Source of the DNA: Vitrella brassicaformis CCMP3155
Taxonomy: Eukaryota > Protista > Chromerida
DNA length: 64,000 nucleotides
Direction of reading: 5' to 3'
NCBI GenBank assembly: GCA_001179505.1
Contig: CDMY01000356.1
Location: 406,539-470,538 of the forward strand
Shown here: positions 49,555 to 58,657 of the stretch, in pieces
Numbering within the stretch: position 1 is the first letter of the stretch
How the letters are laid out: every line of letters begins with the position of its first letter
Translations under genes and position numbers: made by a program
The notes under the pieces: model-generated
Seen by the model: only the letters and a program-made list of their open reading frames with translations
Told to the model about the DNA's origin: nothing
Database searches by the model: none

Positions 49555-52500
49555 ACTCACCCACTCTGACTGACTCACTCCCTTCCACTTCACTCACTCT
49601 GTCTCACTGGCTCGCTCACTCACTCATGTATGTATGTCTCCTTGCCTTGCCTGCATTGCTGCATTTGCCACTGTCTGCCTGTCACTGTCTGTCTGTCTGT
49701 CTGTCTGTGCGTCTCTCCATCTCTCTCGCTGCCTGGCTGTCCATCTCGCTGTCTGGCTGGCTGGCTGTCATGTGCCACAGTTTTGTGCTTACGTCGTTGA
49801 GCGATGACCGTGCGTGCAGTGTGCTTACGTGAGTGCGTCCATGCCATGGGTGTCTGTGGTCTCTGGCCTCTGATGTGTGCAATACATCGCATAGCATGGC
49901 ATGTGGATGGACTCGATGAGGGAAGAACCAAGTCGTTTTTTCCACACCTACTCACACACGTGCGCACACACTCATACGGACATGTACACACACCCACGTA
50001 CAGAGACACACACGTGTGTTCACACGATCGCATGTATACATGCGTACAGTCGCTGCACGAGAACATTCCTTCATGGATGTGTCTCCCTCTGTCTTGTCCC
50101 GCTCTCGCCTTGGCTGAGCAAGATGAAACGTGGTAGGGAGGGAAAGACGTATTCGTGGAGGAGTGAGGCTGGTCGACAGTATGCTACGCACCTTGCAGGT
50201 ATGCACTGATCGCATGTGATTCGCTCCAGTTTTGTGAAAGAAAGACAAACGGCAGAGGGTCTGCGCTGATGCTATTCTCTTCTGTGTGGAGGCTGCTGGC
50301 TGGCTGGTTGGGGGCGAGAGAGAGAGAGAGAGAGAGAGTCTCCTCTGTCTGTCTATCTACTTGTGTTCATTTATTACATGCCTCCATACATACTACTCCT
50401 ACCTACCTACTGGCTTGTAATGCCCGACTCCCTGCCTGCCTCTCTGTCTGTCTCCCGAAGGGACTGATATGTGTCATACCAATCGGTTCATCACTCACTC
50501 ACTGGCTTTATCCAACCAGATGCATAGGCAGACAGATCTCGCGAGGCAGGCCAGGCCGTGTTTCCCCTTTTCCATTCCATTCGACAGCCCATGCAGCAGG
50601 CCAGGCAGCAGATTTTCTTTCCGTGGCCTCCTCGCCATGCCATGTATTATCCTCCTTACCCTCGTGACCAATCTACGTCTACCTGCCTTGTGCCCTGCAG
50701 GAATTGACCACACATTGATGACACGGGCATTTTTCACTTTTTGCTTAGGGAGGCTCTGCCAGGCCTGCCTATGGATTTTCCTCCTGTTGCTTTCCCTGAT
50801 GAATGCTCATGTGGAGAATGAGAACGAATTCGGTGGCTGGCCATGTTTCCGCCGTCCCGCCCCTTCTCTTGATCTACCTACCCATCTGTGTATCTCTTTC
50901 GCTCCCATCTACACTCCACTAGCATTTTTCTCTTTACGGCTGGTGCGTGGCGTGCGTCGATGTGATGGTTATGATGTGTGCTCGTGGATGCGGGTGGTGG
51001 TGGTCTGCATAACGAAGCGAAGAGCGTGCTATGCTGTGTGGTATGCACGATGCACAGGCTGCTGGTTACTTTTCCTTCCTTCTTCACCCTGCTGACTGAC
51101 TGACTGACTGACTGACGGTTGCTTTGAATCAATGCCTTTCATTTCTCCCTCCCGAGACCTTCCTCACTCTGAGCTATTTTTCTGCTCTCCTCTCCCATGC
51201 GTATACTTCATGGATGACTGCATGCACTCGTTCCCTCCATGTCTGTCTGTCTGTCTGTCTGTCTGGGTCTGTCTGTGTCTGGCTGACTGGCTGCTGTGTG
51301 TGTGTGTGTACGTATATATGTATTTGTGTGGATGGGTGGGTGTCCATATGTCTGCCGAGTGGATGTGTGAGTGTGTGTCTCTCCGACGACGGGTTGCATG
51401 GCTTTCGGTCTGAGAGTGCCTGCCTATCTGCCTGCCTGCCTGCCTGCCTGCCTGTCTGGGTGGAGATTGATTGATATGTGTCACGACAATTCATGAACTA
51501 CGGTCTGTCTGTCTGTCTGGCTGTCTGCTTGTCCTGGACGAAACACTCACTACACTCCTATCTCCCTCCCTCCCTCCCTGCCTACCTACCTGCCTACCCG
51601 TGTGCCGCTAGACGTACCTTCCGGTCTGTCTCCTCCCTCGGCCGGCCCCCTGTCTGGATGGATGGATGGATGTCTGATTGATCAATGTCTGACTGATCCA
51701 TGAATGGAATGAATGCTGCGCTGTACATAGGTCCTTTCATTCAATTTTGCTGCTGCAGACAGACAGACTTAGCCATGCACTTACTTGCACGCATCTGCCC
51801 ACCTATCTACCTGCCTTGGTACCCATCCATCCATTCATACGCGTGCATTGCATTGTGTACCAGTCAGTCACGTCAAGTCAGCCACTTGGTGCCAGGAGGC
51901 CACCATGCATCAGACAGACAGACAGGCAGGCAGACCACACCTATCGCGTCTGCGCCTCGCCTGTGGTTGCGTGTCCACTGTCCACCTTTTTTGTCGGTTG
52001 GTTGCTTGTGTATCTACCACACGCGGCGCGGCACCCAAACGCGACGTGCGATGATCCATAGATACAAACCTAGTCAGACGAGGGATGGGTTGACTGGTTT
52101 GAGAGTGAGGAATGGACGGAGCAGCCGAGAATGGCATGCATAGCAGACTCGCACACAGACAGACACGGGAGGAGTTGAGGGACGCAGGCAGGCAGGAAGG
52201 CATCAAGAGAGCAGCGACGAGAGCTTAGCTTCGTGAGCTCATTTTCCCCAGCTGTTCGTGTCGTGCACTCAGTCATCGTTGGGTGTCATGGATGGATGGA
52301 TGGATGGATGGCCGGAAGCATGGATGGGATGGATGGATCGTTGGAAGGAAGTGAACCATAGTTGTGTGTGCCGCAGAGGGGCGGGAGGCGGGTGACTCAG
52401 TCAGGGGACTTATGATGTGACGATCTATTCATGTCATGTTCTCAAATCCTCAAGACATCTTGCCGCGCACCGACGTCTTGCACTGGGCCATCGCATCCCT

Positions 52501-52587
52501 GTCTGGATGAAAGGCGATCCATGCGGATCTCCCTCTCACAGGAGCTCGCAGAGGCTTTGCAGAAGATCTCTGCAGCGGCTGATATGG

Positions 52588-53703
52588 ATGCGTCGTGTGG
52601 CGGCACAGTCCAAAGACGCCTTCCGGTTCATTCATCGCCAGGTGCCGCACGTGATAGCTGCCCTCAAGCCGCGAGAGATCGGCCACCTGCAGAAAGCCCT
52701 GCAGGCCTCAGCACATTTCGCGCAGCTGCAGTCATCCCAGGCGGCAGATCATCACGAGAGGTGGCGATTGGAGCAGCGGGAGAGGGCGTCGCGGGGCGAC
52801 TGGGGAGCAGAGGATGGAGAGAAGAGGCTGATGAACGTGTATCATGACCTCTTTGTGGCATTTCTGGAGCTACCGGGCCTGCACCCATCGCCGCTGCGAG
52901 GCTTCTGTGCAGAAAAGGTGACGGCACTACCAGGCGCACCATGCAATCAAAACACAGGTGGCTTTGCTGCTGTGTGCTTGGCTCTGCAGTTCTCCTTCTC
53001 GGTTCCGTCATGGGCGGCTCTCAGTCGTCTGAGTGCAAGGTTTCTCTCCATCGTGGAAGTCGGAGCAGGTGGGGAAGGAATGTTATGGAATGGTGCACTG
53101 TAAACCACTCAATCATCCACCCATCAGATCCATCCATTGAGTTGGTGTCATTCCATCAATTCATGCCATGCCATGCCATGCCATGCCATGCAGGCACGGG
53201 GTACTGGTCGTCTCTCCTGCGCTCCCTCGGCAGCGACGTCATTGCAGTCGACGCGTGCACCGAGGCAGAGCACCGCTGGACCATACAGTACGGACGCTGG
53301 CACCCCGTCCGACACAAACAGGGCAGCCAACTCTTCTCGAAACCAGCAGGCCTTCTGCCGGCAACGGCAACAGCAGCACCAGTGGCAGTGAGGGAGAGCG
53401 AGCCCAATGAGCTGCATTCCCGTGCGCTTTTGTACTGCTGGCCGCGGGGCAGCCCCCCACCAGGCCTGGACGGCTATCGCGGGCAGCATGTGGTGCTCGT
53501 CGGCTGCGACGACGCGGAGGGCGTAGGGGGCATCATGGCGACAGGCGAATGGGAAGTGGAGGAAAGGTGTGTGAGGACGGCAGGAACCATGAATCGATCG
53601 TGGTACGGTGTTTGTGTGGGTTTTTTTGGTCAGGATGTCGCTGCCCCAGTGGCCCGACATAGGCGATGGCGTGTGGACCTTCAAGAGGAAAGGGACGGGC
53701 TGA
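52588..53703 (+). CDS. Putative class I SAM-dependent methyltransferase of an uncharacterised family; start uncertain (could be 52508)
   Basis: Spliced motif I IVEVGA|GTGYWSSLL...DVIAVD; ALLYCWP; YRGQHVVLVG; last exon LPQWPDIGDGVWTFKR with stop at 53701-53703. Confidence 0.65.
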
Positions 53704-54125
53704 CAGACTCATGTAGATGGATGGATGGATGGATGGATGGCTGGATTATCGAGAGTGTCTATCTGGTGGCTGTGCTGAGTCATCAGGGACATCACTTAAC
53801 GGTTTTTTGACTGACTTGATGTGGGGCGAGAAGCAAACGTCATCATTGCCTCACAGCATCAAGACAGACAGACATCAGTCGTGAACGGGTTGCAGGCGAG
53901 CGACCCGCACACGCGTCCTCAAGCCTACAAGAAAGCTTCGCCATAGCATGGCGAGACATCTTTGTAGGTGTTGTGGACGCATACGCCAGCCACGCTCCCG
54001 ACGCAGCACGTCAACTTCTCTCGCACACCAACAAGGAAAAAAACTGCGCAAGCAAGCCAATCTATTCACAGCGCGGCGTTGACCTCCACACACGAATCAA
54101 TCCGCCCCATCAATTCATTGCTCCC

Positions 54126-54803
54126 TCATTGCAGCCTGGCTATCTTGGGGTTCCCCGTCGCCCCGCCCATTCTCAGCCCCAACACTTGCTCCCCGCCCCC
54201 CACTCTGTCACACTCCCTCCCCTCTCCCTTTGCCCCATCAGCAGTGCCTAGTGCCGGGCACTGCAGCAGCCTGGCGGCCTCCTGGATGTGGTGCGTCAGG
54301 ATCGCAGTAGCAGGGGCACCCTCGGCATCGTCGCTGCTCTTGGCGTCGTCGGCCGCAGCAGCGGAGGATGGGGCGGCGGAGGCCTTCTTGTCCGTCGTCT
54401 GCCGCTGTGCGAGTGTCTTGGCGCCTTTGATGACCTCGGCGATGAACATCTTGGTCGCGCCACTCATCAACAGAACGAACCGGTCCGCACTGAACAGACA
54501 GGGAGGTGTGACCAATCCATCCCTTTTCCGCTTGTGCGAGCGTGGGTCTGACCTTTCTCGTTCGAGCGGTCGTTTGTTGAGTTTGGCCGTTACGATTTCC
54601 TTGACGATGGAGCTGGGGAAGCTGCTGTTGAGCACGGCATGCTCACATGTGCCGATCTCGTCCCCCTCGCCCTCGGCTGCCTCATCCGCCTCCGACGCGT
54701 CTGCATCTCCGTCGCCGGAGCGGTCATCGCCGGAATCCCTATCCTTCGCCGCAATGTCATCCTCTGCAATCGCAATGTACATCGGCGGAGCGCCGGACGT
54801 CAT
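54126..54803 (-). CDS. TAF11: TAF11 (TAFII28)-like histone-fold protein with acidic N-terminus
   Basis: SSFPSSIVKEIV...RFVLLMSGATKMFIAEVIKGA...ILTHHIQEAARLL follows the TAF11 pattern (SxFPKxxI...MSGxxKxFxGEVVE...HxREAxRRL). Probable in-frame 63-nt intron at about 54552-54490. Confidence 0.7.
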   Translation of the reverse strand: MTSGAPPMYIAIAEDDIAAKDRDSGDDRSGDGDADASEADEAAEGEGDEIGTCEHAVLNSSFPSSIVKEIVTAKLNKRPLERERSDPRSHKRKRDGLVTPPCLFSADRFVLLMSGATKMFIAEVIKGAKTLAQRQTTDKKASAAPSSAAAADDAKSSDDAEGAPATAILTHHIQEAARLLQCPALGTADGAKGEGRECDRVGGGEQVLGLRMGGATGNPKIARLQ

Positions 54804-54932
54804 GGTGAATGGATGCGGTTGCGGGAGATCTTCGTTGCCACTTGTTCCACAATGAATATGCTCTCCGCTCAAGGAAAAATCAAGTCTCCAAGGCGCCAAA
54901 CACCGACAGCGATCCACTCTTCTGCGAGCTCA
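54771..54932 (+). repeat. Copy 1 of a ~160-nt diverged direct repeat (copy 2 at 58451-58604) covering the TAF11 start and divergent promoter
   Basis: Both copies start cgcaatgtacatcgg and end cttctgcgagctca, with colinear similarity throughout. Confidence 0.9.
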
Positions 54933-54961
54933 AAGAGGAATGACCTCAAAGAGGTAGGGCG

Positions 54962-57277
54962 ATGCTGCGGTGTTTTTCCTGTCTGCTTATGGTCGGGACG
55001 GTCACCGCACTTGCCAGTGCATCCGGCTCCGGTCTTTCTTCGTTCCTGCATGGCCAGCAAGCCTGTGGCAACCTGATGGCGCGGCCGCGGGGTCGTCGCC
55101 TTCGCATGATGAGCCAAGCACCTCCAGGTGATCAAGCACGAAGAGGGAGAGAGCAGATGAGATGCATGCCTTTCCTCCCTGTGTGTGGTCTGTGTGTGGG
55201 CGTGCGCAGCTGGGGGACGAATCGACTTGAAGCGTGGTGACTTGCTTGACTTGGACAAACTCCATGACAAGACGCGAGCAGGAGTGCCATCCATCTATCC
55301 AGCTGCCGGCAGTCCCGAGTACTTTGTTGGCAATGACCACCTCGAGTTCACCGCCACACTCGCCAAGATTACCTACTGGTACGAGAGGGACGGCTTCAAC
55401 CCGCGTATTCCCCCGATGGCGGTGACGCGCCATGTCCGTGGCGGCAAAACACGCTTCTTGCAAGAAATTGGGATGGCGCTGCACAAGAAGGGAGTGCCGG
55501 TTGTGCTGATATCCTTCAACGACCAGACTGCTAAGATCGAAAGGTTGGAGGAGGATGCGTCACTAGAGCAGCAACTGCTTTGGCGGATCAGCTGGGCGGC
55601 GGCCACTGATGAGGCGCGGGAGCTGATGGATAACGACTTCAAACTGTGGGTTGAGAGAATGGTCCCCAGCTACGAGGTGGTGCGCGAGCGGCTGGAGAGG
55701 CAAAACTGTGTGCTGTTGATCGACGAACTGAACAGTGAGTGGGCGGGCTGGGCGCCACGCATTCACGCGCAACATGCATCCATGCCTGCATTGCGTGTGC
55801 GCGTGTGTTTGTGTTTGTGTTTGTGTGTGTGTGTGTGTGTGTGCGTGTCAGAGCTCATTACTGACGACCTTCGAGACAAGCAAGAGGGAAAGGACTTGGC
55901 TGATCTTCTCAAGAGGCGGTTCGTCGACCCCCTGGGGCGATATCTTGTGTTCTCGAGCCACATCACTGCCACAGGCAACAAGCTGGTGAAATTCATGCAC
56001 AGTCCAAGCGATCGTGATGTCATTAGACCTCGCCTGCCTATCATCAAGACACTCGAGGACGCAAGACGGCTCGGCGTGCCTGGCGGTGCTACGAAAGGTT
56101 CTCTCTGCTATCTCGGGCTCGCACCTGCGCTGGTGCATGACACCTACAACATCCATAAGCGCAATGTCGAGGGCTGCATCAAGAAGCGTTTTGAGAAGCT
56201 GGCACTACCGCCTCTTACTGACGAAACCGTGAAGGCCGTCGTTATGACAAATGTATGTGGGCAAGAGGAGTATGCGGAGAAGCTGGGTGAGTGGTCGCAG
56301 GCCTTGGATGCATTCGACGGGAGCGACGCTGCAATGCACGGGAGCGACGCTGTGTCGGTATTGTACACCTGGCCCCCTTGCTACCTTGCGGCCGCCTGTG
56401 ACAAATTGTGTAGGCCCAAGACCGTCAATCCAGCTTTTCGTCGCGGTTTGGTCTTCATTGGCAAGAGTTTGCGAGAGCTGATTAAGGCACCGGAGGGCTC
56501 AGGCCGCGAATGGAAAGGAGTTTGTGCTGCAGTCGTCGTCATGCGGATGATGCAGAGCGATATCGCGCGACAGTTCCCCTCACTCCTTCCCAGCAAACAC
56601 AATAACCAACCAACCAACCAGCTACAGCCTAAATGCCGACGCGAGAGACCTCTTACCGCCAGAGCTTCTGTCAGGATGCCGCTTTGGGGGCGTCATTGAA
56701 GTTACTCCTGAAGAGGGCAGGACATTCAAGAGAACGGATGGTTCGGCAGACATTCCCTATCTCCGCGAACTGCTCGAGGCGGATATGAGCAATGACTCGA
56801 CGGGGCTCTGCGATGGGACGGTGGCTGTCTTCGTAAAGCCTGCCGTCTCCGCATTCCCTCAGTGCGATTTTTTCATCCTTATGTGTCGATCGGCATGTGG
56901 ACAAGATCTGGGGCATGCACATCAAGACGGCGAGAAGGAAAACGCGTGGCCTGCTAATGGCTCGCCCCTCACCTGACGTCGACTTCTCAGCGTTGATCGG
57001 CGACGAGTCAACATCTAGGCACACGAAAGCGAAATCGAGCTCAGAGTGGACCGTCGCCTCTCAGGCAGCGATTCTCTCTCTCCTTGGCACCTCGGCAAGA
57101 CGTACATACCCTCCCAATATGCTCTTGGACCCTCGAGAAGGCTACTTAAGGGAGCTGACCCCAGAGACGATAGACAAGATGCGTGTAAAGGAGCTGAGGG
57201 AGTGCTGCAAAGAAGCGGGGTTACTAGTGGGGGGCAAAAAGGCCGAGCTGCAGGCGAGGCTGCTCGAGTATATATAG
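54962..57277 (+). pseudogene. Signal/transit peptide + P-loop NTPase + restriction-endonuclease-like domain + SAP domain (Crinkler/CR-effector-type architecture); apparent +1 frameshift near 56880 (pseudogene or assembly error)
   Basis: Exon 1 (54962-55127) MLRCFSCLLMVGTVTALASA-SGSGLSSFLH...RPRGRRLRM splices in frame to exon 2 at 55210. Walker A-like RHVRGGKT, Walker B VLLIDELN. KPAVSAFPQCDFFIL and VDKIWGMHIK lie in different frames. Terminal MRVKELRECCKEAGLLVGGKKAELQARLLEY is a SAP motif. Confidence 0.65.
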
Positions 57278-58273
57278 TCGCCGCCGTCAGTCAGAGGGGG
57301 GGGAGGGAGGGATTGGGAGAGCCTTGTGATTTCGTGTGTGTATGTGTGTGTGTGTCTGGTATGGGACATTTCACTACTGATGAATTGGACGTACGTATGT
57401 GCACATAAGACTCGCCCCATTCTGGGTGACATTCTGTCGAATCTCTGTAAGCGTGATGAAGCGTGTGGTTTCTCACGGCAATGAGTGCGTCATTCACACG
57501 CACACACACACTTAGACACGCACATACACGCACACACGCATATAGATTGGTTTCCTTTTCGGTCTTCGATTCCATCGAGTGCATGTCACCTTCTCATCAC
57601 TCGGGTGACTCACTCAAGTAAGCCACAAATGCGATCTTGAGTGTGTCACCATAGATCACTTGGGGGTGCTGGCCAGAGATTCGAGCCAGCGACCATGACA
57701 GTCCATGCAGTAAGGGGCTACCACTCCTTAAAAGACACCCGTCTTGGAGGGGCGGGCATCAGGAGGGTGGATACGGCCTCGTGCTCCCAATCGTCACGCT
57801 CGCCCCTGACAGACAGGCAGATGCACCAAAGCAGCAAGGAGATACTCCCTGTCATCGGCTACTGACTTGTACAGCAGTTGTGGCGTCGCATCTGTCGTGT
57901 TGAGGGTCGCTACTTCTTCGAGCATCCCTCTTCGAGGTGGCCTGTGGTGGTCTTGTCTGTCTTCGACCAACGTACCCATCTCTGCACACAGACAGACAGA
58001 CAGGCACCCAGAGAGAGGTGACAGCTCATCCGACGACCTTCTGGCTGCTCCTGGCTGCCTGTGTGGCCGTCCGTTCTGTGAGCCTCTCTGCTGCTGACTT
58101 GTGTGCCCTCTGGTTGATACCTAGTTGACTGACCTGGAGGACCTCCACCCGCTGAGGGGTGACGCCACAGGGGCTCACAGGTCACAGAGGCTACGGACGC
58201 TTGCTGCTGCTGCTAAAGTCTGCTGGCCGGCGGCTCGGTATTCCTGACCCACTGATGGCAGTTAAGAAGGTCG

Positions 58274-58604
58274 TCACTCGGGCCGTCCTTGCCAATCCCC
58301 AGCCCAGATCTTGTCCACACGTGAATCTGCGTCGATGAAGAGAATCCCGTCGGCATTTTTGATCTGCCTCACGCCACCACTCAGGCTGCCTGCTGTGCCC
58401 TCTACGCCTTCTGCTGTGCATCCATCGCCGGAGTCCACATCTACCGCCGGCGCAATGTACATCGGGGGAGCGCCGACGTCGTGGTGAATGGATGCAGTCG
58501 CGGGAGATCTCCGTTGCCGCTTGTTCCACGATGAATGTGCTCTCAAGGCAGATCAAGCCTCCAAGGCTTCAAACACTGAAGCGATCCGCTCTTCTGCGAG
58601 CTCA
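58274..58604 (-). pseudogene. Chimeric remnant: duplicated TAF11 5' end (ATG mutated to ACG) joined to a degenerate fragment of the REase-like domain
   Basis: 58451-58604 duplicates 54771-54932. 58303-58319 is the exact reverse complement of 56896-56912 (tgtggacaagatctggg). The peptide DGILFIDADSRVDKIW resembles DFFIL-CVDRHVDKIW. Confidence 0.5.
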
Positions 58605-58657
58605 GCCAGGCAGCGGGAGGGGGGAAGGGGAAGAGCGGCCGCAGCTATCTTCGCAAG

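Noticed and set aside
50469-51095. 208-aa plus-strand ORF in the long gap after GBSS
   Set aside because: No domain, poor coding-like codon usage, runs into GT/TGC microsatellites and lacks convincing splice partners; probably UTR or intergenic.
49555-52400. Switch in microsatellite polarity (GTCT to CAGA near 51700) as a sign of a hidden antisense transcript
   Set aside because: Polarity is inconsistent in other UTRs of this window, so it is not reliable evidence for a transcript.
54771-58604. Direct repeats as LTRs or target-site duplication of an intact transposon
   Set aside because: No TG...CA ends, PBS/PPT, reverse transcriptase, integrase or transposase between them; the repeat is the TAF11 start and promoter region.
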